Assembly: GCF_036321535.1 (NCBI RefSeq)
Contig: NC_087436.1
Coordinates: forward strand, 39,806,001 to 39,870,000
Direction: 5' to 3'
DNA from: Camelus dromedarius
Lineage: Eukaryota
Length of the DNA: 64,000 nucleotides
A program made the position numbers and the translations under genes. Shown here one piece after another: positions 49,271-62,916 of the stretch. Each line of letters starts with the position of its first letter. The first letter of the stretch is position 1. Below the pieces are notes generated by a model. The model worked only from the letters and a program-made list of their open reading frames with translations, was not told the origin of the DNA and ran no database searches.

Positions 49271-50507
49271 AAACCTTTTACTTGAGGTATGTCATACAAT
49301 AATAGATGACATGTTTTATAAAACAGCTAGCTAGTTTCTGGCAGGCAGAATCTTTGATTTCCAAAGTTAGATTTAAAATAAGTAGTACTCCATGTTTGTT
49401 GTTATGAATTTAAAAACAAACAACAAAAGTCCCCCTCCTCCCAACCCTTGAATATTTGGCTGCCTTTTTAAAATTTTTGAACAAGTGTTTTCTTTTTTTG
49501 GTTTATTGTATTTTGTTTTGGAAAAAAAAAATCCCTTGTCACAACCTCTCAACAAAGTGACAAGATTTATCTTTCTAGATACATGGCAAGAACAAAATGT
49601 GATTTGTAATTATAAAAATTAATTTTATTATTCCAAGTACACAGCAAACTCTATTTTGTTAATGCCTCTTGATTATTTACATTCCTTATAGTCTTCTTTT
49701 AATAGTGGTCATTTTCCACATTGATTTAACTCTTTTTATATAGCCCATTGTTTATTTTTCTTTGTAGCTCAGCACTAATAATAAGTAGCATTCATTAAAG
49801 TAATAAACCTTATAATTTTAAGAGAATTTATCTTGCATGGTATTTGTAGGTCCCTCCTTGGGCAAAAATATATCATTTCATGGAAGTCTTTATATAACGC
49901 TAATATTTTGAACATATAATTTGCATCTATTCTGATTTTGTAAATTCTGTTCTCTGATCGAGCAGGCTACGAGCTGCTCTTGAATCATAGTGGGCTAGCC
50001 ACTTTTTCAGAATACCAAAAAGGGAAAGCTCAAGAATTGCTGCATCTATTTAAATTTTCTGTTGCTGAAAGATTTTCATTAATGATACTTTTCATTGATT
50101 GTTTCAAGTTGCCTGTCGCTAGAGGTCTAAGCAATTCAACAAGTATTTCCTGCATAAGGCAAATTCTCAGCATGAAGAGTTATTTTTAAATGAGAAAAAA
50201 AAAATCTCTAAGTAGTGTTGAATGATTTTGCAAGCTCCATTTCCCCTCCCCCCCAAAGTCATATAAAGCATGATTTTCAATTTGTAGGGAAAAAAAGTAC
50301 TGTGATACTATAGTTCACAAGAATAGTCAATGTTTTATATTGAAGACCTTTATGATACATATTTTTCAACAAATATTGTTAGGGAAAATTTTTCTCTCTT
50401 TGGTAACTGGCATATTTTATGATTTTTGGATATGGGATTTACTTTGCTACCTCCCCTCCTTCTTTTGATTGCCAGGAAGTTAAGAGTGAAATTTAAAGAT
50501 CAATTAC

Positions 50508-51004
50508 TATGGTAGGCAGAATAATGGTTCCCTAAATAAGTCTATGTCCTAATCACTGAAACCTATGAATATTAGGTTGTGTGGCTGAGGAAAATTAAGT
50601 CTGCAGATGGAATTAAATTTGCAAGTCAGCTGACTTTAAGATAGTGAGATTATCCTGCTTATCCAGGGTGGGGCCCAAAGTAACCACAGAATATTCAAAA
50701 GTAAAAGAAGGATAGAAGGAGAGATGGCAACATGAGAGGGACTTGGCCTGGTGTCACTGGCTTGAAGAAAGGGGACCACAAGCTCAGGACAGTGAGTGGC
50801 CTCTAGGAGGTAAAAAATCAAGGAAACAGAGTTCTCCTCTAGAACCTGCAGGAAGTAATGGACTCTGCCAAAGTCTTGATCTTAGCTCAGTGAGATCCTT
50901 GTTGGACTTCTGATCTGTAGAACTGAATGGGAATAGATTTGTGTTGTTTTAAGTTACCAAGTTGGTGATCACTTGCCATAGCAGCAATAATAAACTAATC
51001 TACA
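50508..51004 (+). mobile_element. MLT1D-like MaLR solo LTR
   Basis: TATGGTAGGCAGAATAATGG...GCAGATGGAATTAA...GAGATTATCCTG...TTGGACTTCTGATCTGTAGAACTG...GCAGCAATAATAAACTAATCTACA. Confidence 0.9.
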
Positions 51005-51833
51005 GAAAATATTTTGACAATTTCTCTTACCAGAGTTACATTTTTCTTTCTCTTTGATCCAGATTTTCTTTTTCTAACCTGCCTTGTGTATGTCTTATTT
51101 TAACTGACCTAAATTCTTCTTGAAAAAAAAAAGATAATGCTGGTAAATAAATGAACACACAGAAAAGTGCAGCATACTGTCCAAGATTACACTGTATAAA
51201 ATGTAAAATTGTACTAAGGTAAACAACTTTAAAATGTTGCTTAATAAATAAAATGTCTTAATTTAGATCACTGAGAGATTTTAAAATAGGAAAAATGCCA
51301 TCACGTTGTGTTGTTAATCAAATGTGTCTCAATGAAAACTTGAGTCAAGCTCTTCTCTGAAAAAGGTGAAGAAAGTGACTTGATGAAGAGATAAAGAAAG
51401 TCTTGCTAAATTCTCTGAAACTTCCTCTGCCTGGGCAAAACTATAAAGAGGACTGATTACTAAGATGTAGATGAAATAAGAAGTGAGGTGACCACATGAT
51501 TTATTGTCCTTACATTGCATGTCCTTACCCATGATGCATACAGAAAAACCCTCCGGGTGATGAGTGGGGCTAAACAGCAATGCTAATTATATTACAATGA
51601 GCATTGGGTCATTTCCCATCAGGTCCTTGTCACTAAGTAGCTTATAGTCTTGGCTGTTGGGTTTTAACCAGTTTCTTGCTGGCACTCATTTAGAGGAAGT
51701 AAAACCCCTTTATGCTGCAGGTGGGCATCACACCATCTTCCAGATCATTCTCCCTCTCCTCCACATTATCTGCCTGGTGCCCCCACTTATCTAACTTCCT
51801 AACAATTTCACTACTGAAATCTTATAATCACAC

Positions 51834-52670
51834 TGAAAGGAAAACTATTTCTCTACTAGTCATGACACTTCTGACATCAAATGTGTTTTTTCCACACCAA
51901 GCAATTCTGACACTAAGTGGAGCTGGTACAGATTCCACAAGTTTAAGGCTTGGGCCTACAAGACTTCAGATGCCAATCATAAGCAGTGGGTCCCCAGGTT
52001 ACCCACACTTTTATCTAACTTAGTTACAAATCAGGGATTCCCATACCCCCCTTCTCAGTTCCAATAATTTGCTATAAATGCTCACAGAACTCAGGGAAAC
52101 ACTTTTGTTTACAAGTTTCTTACAAAGGATGTCATAAAAGATATACATGAGCAGCCAGATGAAGAGGTATGTGAAGTACAGTCTGGAAAGGTCCTAAGCT
52201 TTTATCCCTGTGGAGCCACAGGTTCTACTCGCCAGACATGTGGGTGTGTTCATCAACCTGCAAGCTCTCTAACCTCATGGTTTAGAAATTTTTTATGGAG
52301 GTTTCATCATGTAGGCATAAATGATTATTAACTCATTCTCCAGCCTCTCCTCCCTCTAGAGGATGAGGCTTGGGGCTGAAAGTTTCAAGCTTCTTATCAT
52401 GGCTTGGGCCTTCTTGTGACCAGCCGCCATCCCCAAGTTATATAGGGACCCCTATCTCCTGACATTTTCTTATCATACAAACAAACATCACTGTGGAAAT
52501 TCCAAGGGTCTTAGAAGCTCTTTTGTCAGGAACTGAAGTTAAAAGACCAAATATTGGAACAAAAAATTCTTTTAGTACCCATTATTCAGGAGATTACAAG
52601 GATTTTAGAGGGCTCTGTGTCAGGAACTAGGGGAAGAGACTAATACATATATATGTTTCTTATTACTTCA
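51834..52670 (-). mobile_element. MER21-like LTR, near full length
   Basis: GACACTTCTGACATCAAATGTG...CTCACAGAACTCAGGGAAACACTT...GCAGCCAGATGAAGAG...TTTTATGGAGGTTTCATCATGTAGGCAT...GGGGCTGAAAGTTTCAAGCTTCT. Confidence 0.85.
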
Positions 52671-53269
52671 TACATACCTTTTTATTTTAACATAAAATTT
52701 TCAACAGTCTATTGTTGACATCCCTTCTAAGGGACATTAAGAGATGGCAACATTTTACACAAGTTGGTTTAAGAGGAAATACTATAAATACTAAAATGCT
52801 TTTCTTTTAATAGAGAAATCATTTCCTTTATATATTCTACCCACAAATATTAGTGAAAACATAATACTGATTCTTTGTGAAAATTATTTATAATCCCTTT
52901 AAAATAGCATATGATTAAGTACTTGAGAATATTGTAAAAGGAGATTTCAGTGCTCACTTAAAGATGCAAGACTTCAGTCTCAGACCTGACTTTGTATTTA
53001 AATCACGTCATAAAAGTGCTTAGAGATACAGTAACTAATGAATAGCTAATTTGTTTTATAATATTTTAATCTTTACCATCAAAATTAAATATAGGCCATT
53101 AACAACCTTACTTCTTATTTTTAAAGAGTAGTGGAAAATGATATAATTGAAATTCTTTAGTACTATAAATTTTCCCTTGTCTGATACTACTTTAGGCTAA
53201 TAAAATTTGTGAGGTTTTGGTTTATATAATAAAATTCTTAGTGCTCATAAAGGACTTAAAGAGAGTAAC

Positions 53270-53520
53270 AGAAAATGGGGTTAGAGAGATGATGATTAGA
53301 TCATTAGAGCTTTACAGGAAGTTTTGAGAACTCTGGCTTTTATTCTGAAAGCCATGGGAAGTCTTTGGAGAGTTTAAACAGAAGAGTGACAGACTCTTAA
53401 ATTTTAAGAAGATCCTTCTGCTTGCTGTGTTGTAAACAGATTATATGAATGTAAGGTATAAAACAGGGTGGATTGTTATGTCTTGGGATAGAAAGAGTAG
53501 AAATGGTAAGAAGTGATTCT
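53270..53520 (-). mobile_element. L2 fragment
   Basis: TGGCTTTTATTCTGAAAGCCATGGGAAGTCTTTGGAGAGTTTAAACAGAAGAGTGACA...TTTTAAGAAGATCCTTCTGCTTGCTGTGT. Confidence 0.75.
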
Positions 53521-53535
53521 AATTTTATATGTGTT

Positions 53536-54354
53536 TTCTTTTTTTAAATATATATTTATATTGAAGTATAGCCAGTTTACAATGTTTTATCAATTTCTTG
53601 TGTACAGCATAATGCTTCAGTCATACATGAACATACATGTATTCATTTTCATATTCTTTTTCAGCATAAGGTACTACAAGATCTTGAATATAGTTCTCTG
53701 TGCTATACAGTATAAACTTGTTTATCTATTTTATATATAGTAGTTAGTATCTGCAAATCTCAAACTCTCAATTTACCCCTTCACACCCCCTTCCCCCTTG
53801 GTAACCATAAGTTTGTTTTCTATGTCTGTGAGTCTGTTCCTTTTTTGTAAATACATTTGTTTGCCTTTTTTTTTTTTTTTTTTTTTTAGATCGCACCTAA
53901 AAGTGATATTATATGGTATTTTTCTTTCTCTTTCTGGCTTACTTCACTTAGAATGATGATCTCCAGGTCCATCAATGTTGCTGCAAATGGCATTATTTCA
54001 TTCTTTTTATGGCCAAGTAGTATTCCATTGTATAAATATACCACAACTTCTTTATCCAGTCATCTGTTGATGGACATTTAGGTTGTTTCCATGTCCTGGC
54101 TATTGTAAATGGTGCTGCTATGAACATTGAGGTGCATGTGTCTTTTCAAATTAGAATTTCCTCCAGATATATGCCCAGGAGCAGGATTGCTGGATCATAT
54201 GGTAAGTCTATTTTCAGTCTTTTGAGGACTTCAACAAACTACATTCCCACCAACAGTGCAGAAGGGTTCCCTTTTCTTCACACTTTCTCCAGCATTTATC
54301 ATTTATGGGCTTTTTAATGATGGCAGTTCTGACTGGTGTAAGGTGATACCTCAT
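53536..54354 (-). mobile_element. Young lineage-specific L1 3' end
   Basis: Highly similar to the 9580 and 15612 copies, and extends to GACTGGTGTAAGGTGATACCTCAT (ORF2 MRYHLTPVR region, antisense). Confidence 0.95.
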
Positions 54355-56189
54355 GCCTTTCATTTTTATTACCTTCCTAAATTTCAGTATATTACTTTCT
54401 TACTCTGCTTCATTCAGTAAAGTCAACCTCTCACAACTGAGCACATAGAGTTTGAAGATCTTGGACCTACTGGTAGAGTATAGGTCCCCAAGGGTTGACA
54501 GTCCGCTGAGAAGTGGCATGCTGTTTCCTTCCCTTGAGACACTTCAGCTTATATTCAATCCTATGTGGATTGACTACTGACAAGGTAGTTTATAAGAATT
54601 GATACTAGGCACTGCTTGCTATCTTAAATATTTTTAAAAATAAATGACAAAGAATAAACTGAGAAAAAACCTATTATCAATTAGGCCAGCAGTCAGATTA
54701 TCTGTGTTAGCCACTGCTCCCAGGTATGATTTGCTGGTTTTATTATTACTCATCACATGTCTGCTAACTTTTTCTTGGATCAAACACAAAGACTAGAATT
54801 TTCCATGGAAGTTAGGAGGTTTAAAATTTTCTTCTCTTTAATGGCATATAGAGATAGGAAAAGAAAAACAAAAACACTCCAGTGGTCAACCAGCTGTACC
54901 TAGTCAAGTGATTAGGACTGATGAAATGATATCTCTTATACTGTGTAAAGTAAATTGAATGGTGGAGAGTATGTGCACCCAACTAGAATTTCAATGAGAT
55001 ATTTGTATGCTTAGTGAGACCAACCAACTGAAATATTTTCTATTTCCATCTCTTCTTTGAGTGAAACCTAAATCTGTTTATCAAAAAGCTTTGTCATACA
55101 GTGACAAGATTTCAGACTTCCATCTTATAATTCCATTCAGATTCCAAAAAGAGTTGTTGAAAACTGATGACTCTCTAAAGATAGTCAGCAATTGGATGAT
55201 ACTGGGACTCCGAGTATTTTCTGCTCAAACACTTCAGAAAAATACTACACATCACCATTTTATTCAGCTTAATTTATCTACAATCATGCTGTGTTTAAAA
55301 ATAAGAATATTTTCTAGTAAACATTTTATTCTTTTAAAAAATCCCTGTATAGATGATTGTTTTCAGTGTATAATCTTTTCGAATTAATACTGATGAATCT
55401 TGACAAAACACTGATAACTATGTCAGTTGTAATCTGTTCTGTTATAAATAGATGCTACATTACTTTGCTTTGGAGCAGTAGTGAATCTGAATAATGGTGC
55501 TATATTTTCCTGACTGTATTTTGCATAAATTATTAGCATTTTAATTGCCCCCAAATAAAAACTAAACAAATCTTAACTTCATTAGCCGGGAAATCAGTGT
55601 AAGTCATGATATCCTGTTTTTAAACTTTTTATTTAAGTGTCAGTAATACTATAATTTTTATGTCTACCACACCCTAGGATTTCAAAAGTCTTTCACATAT
55701 GAGTCACCATATTATAGCTTTCAGAAGAAATGAACTATGAAAAGTTTATTCAAAGTAAAAGTATAATCAATTAATCATGTGGATAACAGAGCATCTAATC
55801 TAATAGAAACATTAGGTTGCATTACAAAGGACCTGGAACTCTTGGGCAACTTCTTCCATTTCAATGTGCCCTTTTCTACCAGAAAAAGAGTCTTTTTTTT
55901 TCCCCCTCAACATCTATTTCACATGGACACTATGAATCCCAGCTAAAACATTCATGTAAAGTGTTTAGATTTCCTTTCATGAAACATACAACATAGGCAT
56001 TTTTGTTATGGTCATGACAAAATACTTTGATACGTCTCCGGCTTTGCCTACTGGTAACTACAAATATGTCTAATTTATAGCAACATCTCAAATCTTACTG
56101 ATCTGAGTTCTCCTTACCTACTTAATGGGACTTTAAGTTTTAGACTTTTCTAAGGATCTTCTCTAAAATATTTTAAAGAATTCCCATGG

Positions 56190-56474
56190 AATTCTGGAGA
56201 GGGTGTGGAGAAAAAGGAACCCTTCTACACTGTTGGTGGGAATGTAAATTGGTGCAGCCACTATGGAGGATAGTATGGAGTTTCCTTAAACAACTAAAAA
56301 TAGACTTACCATATGATCTAGCAATTCCACTCATGGGCATATACCCAGAGAAAAATATAATTCAAAAAGATACATACACACCCCAGTGTTCATAGCAGCA
56401 CTAGTTACAATAGCCAAGACATGGAAACAACTTAAATGTCTATCAACAGATGACTAGATAAAGAAGATGTGGTG

Positions 56475-56514
<40 letters not shown>

Positions 56515-56672
56515 GGAATACTACTCAGCCATATAAAATAAAACAGTGTCATTTGCAGCAAATGGATGGACCTGGAGATTGTCATTTCAAGTGAAGTAAG
56601 CCAGAAAGAGAAAAAAAAATGTCATATGATATGGCTTATATGTGGAATCTAAAAAAAAAGAGACAAATGAAC
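56190..56672 (+). mobile_element. Young L1 ORF2 C-terminus/3' fragment containing a (CA)n expansion
   Basis: ORF 56186..56395 ([24 protein letters not shown]...[11 protein letters not shown]) is the L1 ORF2 cysteine-rich region. (CA)n at ~56477-56512. Confidence 0.95.
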
Positions 56673-57339
56673 TACTTATTGTTTATAACTTAGATGATTG
56701 ATTTCTTGAATATGTGTAAGCACCTTTGACTGTCCTTTATGATTGGATTACTGCATTCTGTTGATTCTTTAAAAAAATAAAATAAAATAAAATAAAATAA
56801 AATGCTCTAGGGAAGAATTCAATCTGCCCAGCTAAAGTGAGAGACCTGATAAAATCATATGGTTGAGGAGAAAGCAGGTAATTTCCAGGAAAAGGGAGGG
56901 CTGTTGTACAGAAATGTATGAATGCCCAGTGTGTTATATCTGCTCCTGTGCCTTACTCTCATCTCTGCTTTTTGTGGTTGTTCTACTTTGGCCTGTAGTC
57001 TCATTTCTCTAAACTTTGGTAGAACATGTTAATGTCAATCACCTGGTCCTTGGTTAGAGCACCATCTTCCTTTTTTGCTTGGCTATTTCACAGGTTTATT
57101 ATTTTGTATGCCAATGACATTGTAAGTGGTTTGGGGAACAGGGACATACCTTGTAATTCTTCAGAGTCCCACCATTGTTTCTACAACTGTTCTAATACAT
57201 GGAAATTGCTCACATGCTTGCTGAGTTTAACTGAACATTTATTAGATTTTTATGGCAGAGAAACTGAGATCCTGAACAAAAATAACTCATCTACCCACTC
57301 CCAGCTCTAGCCAATGAATGGAGAGAATAGTATTTTATT

Positions 57340-57500
57340 TCATTCTGTCCATTCATTCATCGATCTGTTCATTGGAAAACATTTAATGAATTATTACTCT
57401 ATTTCAGTCTGTGTTAAGTGCTAAGGATACAGAGATTAATTAGATAAGACATCTGCTTTGGAGGGCACAGTCTAGCTGGAAAACAGACATGAAAAAAAAA
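57340..57500 (-). mobile_element. L2 3' end
   Basis: ATTCATTCAT...AAACATTTAATGAA...TGTGTTAAGTGCTAAGGATACAGAGATTAAT...CACAGTCTAGCTGGAAAACAGACAT. Confidence 0.8.
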
Positions 57501-60399
57501 AAAAAAGAATTTCCATGCACATTTATTTGTTGCCTAGATACCTGTTAGGCACTCCCTGTTTTGGGGTAAGTCATTTTCCCTTTAAGGTCCCTGGTGGATG
57601 GAGTGCTCGACAACTGGTGGTGTTGCTGCAGCTCTGCACGCACGGTCTTGGTATCTATGACATTTGCTCTCACTGCCCTTCCCCTTTCCCCAGTGAGAAA
57701 GGGGAAGGGCCCTTTCCATTCTTTTAAGGCAACAGGGAAATCCCCTCTACTTCTTGTCAGGTTGCAGAGCTGCTGTGCAGAATGAGTGCAGAATGCCTCT
57801 AAAATTCGAGGGAAATCATACAAATGGAGGCCACATGCCATTGTCCAAATGTTTAAGTCACAAAATCAAACTTAATTAGGTTCTTGTCTTCTTCCTCAAC
57901 AAATGCCTTGTAACAAATAAACAGCACATGATGCACATCTTACCCTGTGATCCTCAGCCTCCAAGTGCGGTGTTGAAAGGCGCTTGCTGATTTGAGAGTC
58001 CCTACAGAGCTGTAAAAGGGAACCCAAAGAGAATCAGGGATATCTAGAGCCCTGGGAATTTACACTCAGGAATTACGCTTCCCTATTGACGAATCTATTG
58101 CAATTGTGACTTTTTTTTTTAATCTTCACAAGATAATTGTTTTTGCTTTTCCCTTATGCACTTCCATTGCTCAAAATCCTCCCTGTGCTCTGAATTGCTG
58201 TGTGTCTCTGATGTCGTCTCTGATGGTGACACAAATACCCTCAGTTTTTAAATGTAGTTGCCTTTGTTTTGAGGATGTAGCACAAGAGATTGGGGGTAGT
58301 GATTCCCTGAGGATTAAAGGTAAGAATTTTGAGGATGGATTTTGGGGGTTATAGTTGTGCTGTGCCAGCACAGAGGGCCACAACCTGAGTGACTCAGGCA
58401 TCCAAGGTTCTGCAATAATTTTTAGTGATTATTTGGTATTACTTGTGGGTTTGATAAGGGACAGGTCCCAGGGCTGAGGCCCTCCTGGCAGTACTGCCCT
58501 CATGGGTTGGGTCCTTTCTTCATGGCTCTCTCCCCTGCTCTAGGATGCTTAGCACCACCTAGTGTCACACTTTTTGTTCAGCCGGTGCTCCCATTGGTGT
58601 CAGGGCCTGTGCTCAGACAAGTCTCCTCCTCTCTCCATCCCCCGGAGGCTTCACAGGGATCCTTGCTGTCTCCTCAAACTCCAGCCTTCCATGCAGCAGC
58701 CCCTGCCCACAGTTATTCACCCAGAATGCGTCTAGGCTCATTTGTTTCCCACTAGCTTTTTAAACTCCATACAAACTGGAGGTGTGCCTTCACTTTGTCT
58801 TAAATGTCCCTAAACGTTTCATGACTTATAGACATGTCTCAAACCTGTCAGCCAGTTTCATGGTAGGTCTGTCTAGGACACAGGGAGAATTTTTAGTGGG
58901 TTGTGTTGCATAACTCCACTAGCCAGCCTAACTTTTTGATTCTCTGAGACTGCAAAAATTGTCTCATACTGCATGTGAGTTTCTCTCCAATACTGTAAAA
59001 ATGTACTCTAAAATAAAATCACATGGCATCTTCAGTTCCTGAATTCAGTGTTACTCTCTTCTTAATCTAGTCAACTCTACATAGGTAACTCTTCTGATAC
59101 TGCCATTATCATTAACAGTATTAGTAAGGCGTGCTCCAAATGTACTAAACATTTAGAGAAAAATACAGTTTGGCTTAATCAATGGTCTTAATATTAATGT
59201 ATTGTGTTTGGCCTCGGACTCCCTGTAACTCACTTGGTAACAGTTTTAGATGAAAACTGCCTACATTTTAGGACCTTGATTTTTCTTCAACTACCAATCT
59301 ATATACATTCCTGAAAATAGAAAAGCATATAATACAAGGGAAAGAGAAAACGATATGTTATGTTAAAAATTCAAAGAAATGATTAAAAATTTTTATCATG
59401 AGAGTTTTCTGTTATAAATGACATTGAGTTAGAAAGTACTGTATACTAATTAACCTATGTAAAGACATCTTTATGAGACCACTCATAGAAAAGTGATTCC
59501 TGAAAGCTTAAGTGGTAACTGCTACCTTAAAAATTGAAATGATCTGCTGGATCTTAGAAATAGTAAGAAGAAGACTGTCCTCATTGGCATTAGTGTTTTA
59601 ATTTCTTGGCCTCTGCCCACATTACAGAGGATGTTTCTAAGAATGGAGGTGATGATTCAGAAGAGCAAAATGAAAGGTTATTCAATATACTCATTTCACA
59701 TTTTGGAGGGCATAGGTGATGACAGCTGACCCCTCTCTGTTTTGGCATTTTATTTGTGGTAATTGGGAAGATGATATGACTTTCCATTCAGTACTACTCT
59801 GAGCAAATAACAAATAACCTGATGAGGATATAATAGATTATCAAGTAATTGCATGTTTTTAAAGTAAATGATATAGCTTTGTGTGTCAGGTGAGGATGGG
59901 AATGATATTTGGCTGTTAGAAAACTTTTTCTGTTTCTCTTGCTGGACAGTTCCTGCACTGTTCTCCCGGACAGTGTGGACTCGGTGACGGGAATGAGCAT
60001 CTTCCATGGGCTGATCACGATCTTCTCCCTTGGGATGAAAATAAACTTGGACAATATGATTACAGTTATGGTGATTTTCAACTTGAATGATTTTCAACTT
60101 GACTGATTTTCAGCCAAAAAAATGCCATTATAAACACTATTTTTTTGAAAATTTGGAAGTTCCCTTATAAAACTGGCTTTAGGTTGAATCTTGGTTAAGA
60201 GGGTTTTATTTACCAAGTTTATCATTAATTCTTAGTGCAAAATCTTTCCAATTAGTTAAAATAAAGAAGCATCCTCTAAATAAAAACTTCAAGATTTTTT
60301 CATTCCAAATGTACAGAAATATTATGCTACTTAAAATTGTACTATAAACCATAGTATTGAAATCTAGAATGTAATTCTGATACTTAAATATTTAAAACA

Positions 60400-62760
60400 C
60401 TTTGATGGCTTTATTAAGTTATAATTGCCATAAAATAAACTGCATGGAAAGTGTACAGTTTTAAGTAGTTTAAAATATGTGTATACCTGTGTATGAACCA
60501 CAGTAAAGAAAGCGAACACACCATCGTCCCCAGAGTTTTCTCCTGCGCCTATATCATCCCTCCTTCTTACCCTAGCCCTTTCCAGGCATTCACTGATCCG
60601 CTTTCCGGTCACTATAGATTTAATTCACATTTCATAGATACTTATATAAATATAATTATACAACATATACTCTTTTTTTGTCTGGCTGCTTTCATTCAGC
60701 GTGATTGTTTTGAGATTCATCCATGCTTTTGGAACTATGTTTTTATTACTGAGACATATATATAATAAATTTTTAGCCATTTACCCTGTTCATAGGCATT
60801 CAGGTTGCTTCCAGCTTTTGACTGTTACTCAAAAGTTTAAGCAGGAATATATCAGCAATAATATTAAAACAAAATGGAATGAATATTCCAATTGAAAGGT
60901 GAAAAATTATCAGACAATATTAAAGAAATTACTATGAACTACTTATAAGAGGCACATCTTAAATGTAAGAGTACGTAAAGTTTGGCATATGTTTTCACTT
61001 TTTTCAGGATAAACCTAGGAGAGGAGTGGCTAGGTGACATGGTAGTTGTATACTTGAATTCTTAAGACACTGCCAAGTTATTTTCCAACGTGATTGTACC
61101 ATTTTACATCCCCATCTATAGTGTATGCGAGTCTCAGTTAATCTGCATACTTGCTAACACTTGGAATGGTCAATCTTTTAAATTTTTGCTATTTTAATAG
61201 ATGCATAGTTTTATATCATTGTGGCTTTAATTTGTATTTATCTAATGGATAATGATGTTGCGTATCTTTTCATATGCTTATTTGCCATCTATATGTCATT
61301 TTTGGTGAAGTGTCTTTTGAAATATTTTGCCCAGTTTTTATTGGTTTGTTTTCTTATTGTGGAGTGATTGAGAGTTCCTTATATATTGTCAGTACAAGTC
61401 TTTTAATAGATACGTGATTTACAAATATTTTCCCTAGTCTGTGTTTTGTCCTTTTATTTTATAACAGTATCTTTCAAAGAACAGAAGTTCTGAATCTTTA
61501 TGAAGTACATTGTTTCTTAAAATAAGTTATACTTTGCCTTTCTTCTAGGAATTTATAGTTTTAGGTTGTACACGTAGGTGTATAACCCACTTTGGGTTCA
61601 TTTTTGTACATGGTGCATAGTATGGGTTAGAATTTGTTTTATGTTTTTGCATTTGGATATGGCTTTTTTTTCCCCAGGACTATTTGTTGAAAACACTTTC
61701 TTCATTAAATGACCTCTGCCAAAAATTAATTGTTAATATATGTTTGAGTATATTTCTGGAATCTCTTTTCTGTTCAATTAGTCTGTTTGTTTATCTTAGC
61801 ACTACTGTATTGATTGCTGTTGCTTTATAATGAGACTGGAAGTGAGGTAGTGTGAATTCTCCAATTTTTTTGCTCTCTGTCAAAGTTGTTTTAGTTCTTG
61901 GTCTTTTACATTTCCATATGAATTTTAGAATCAATGAGTCATTTTTATTAAAAAAAAAAAGCCTGCAGAGATTATGATTGAGATTGCTTTGAATCTATAA
62001 TTCAGTTTTGAGGGGAGTAACAGCTTAACAAAACTGAGTATTTTGATCCATGGACACAGTATATTTTTCCATTTATTTTTGGGTTCTTTAATTTCTGTCA
62101 GCAAAGTTTTGTATCTGTCAGTGCACATATCTTACACAGCTTTTGCCAGAATTATCTTTTAAGTATTGATTGTATGATTTTTGATGCTTTGTAAATAACT
62201 AAAAATTATAAATTTCTGATTATTTGTTGCTATTATATATCTATACAATAGATTTTTATGTTGGATCTTGTACTGCATAACTTTAAAAATTAATTTATTA
62301 GTTCTTGTCGCATGTTTGTAGATTCCATAGCAGCTTTATATAGACAATCATGTTACCTGAGGGTAAAAGTCTTCTTTTTCTTTCCAGTCTGCCTGCCTTT
62401 TGCTTCATGCCCTTGTTTTCTGCGCTAGTGAGGACTCTAGGACAACTGCATCAAAGTGGTGGTGTTGGAGGTGCTTGTCTCCCTTCAGATCTTAGGGCGA
62501 GAGCATCCAGCCTTTCACTACTAGGTATATTAGCTGTAGGGTTGTTTTTTTTTAAATACTTTTTATTAAGTTAAGAAAGTTTTTTTTCTCTTCTTATTTT
62601 GTTTAGAGTTCTTATAAGACACAGCTATAGGATTTTGTCAAATGGCTTTTCTGCATCTATTGACGTGATCATATAGTTTTCCTTCTTTAGTGTGTAAATA
62701 TGATAAATTGCACTGACTGCTATTAAAGTGTTAAAACAAGCTTGTATTTCTGGAATAAAA
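60400..62760 (-). mobile_element. Old L1 (L1M-type) 3' UTR and ORF2, fragmented
   Basis: ORF remnants 61931..62128 (YKTLLTEIKE..NKWKNILCPWI...KLNYRFKAISI) and 62625..62831 (YMITSIDAEKPFDKI) are L1 ORF2 RT-region motifs. Confidence 0.92.
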
Positions 62761-62916
62761 GCTTTTATCCTCTTAGGTCTTACCCTAGGCTTCCTTAGGC
62801 AGTCCAGAACAACATTCAGTCTAATCCCCACTCCCCCCCCCCCCCCAGAGATAAAACCCTTCTAAGTAATCCTCCCTAAATCCATCAACTAAATTTTCAA
62901 CTCTGGCTGATAAGAA

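Noticed and set aside
60072..60113. Short direct repeats as CRISPR-like arrays (also 45097-45162)
   Set aside because: Only two to three units, no series of unique spacers, no cas genes, and a mammalian context. Explained by slippage or TSDs.
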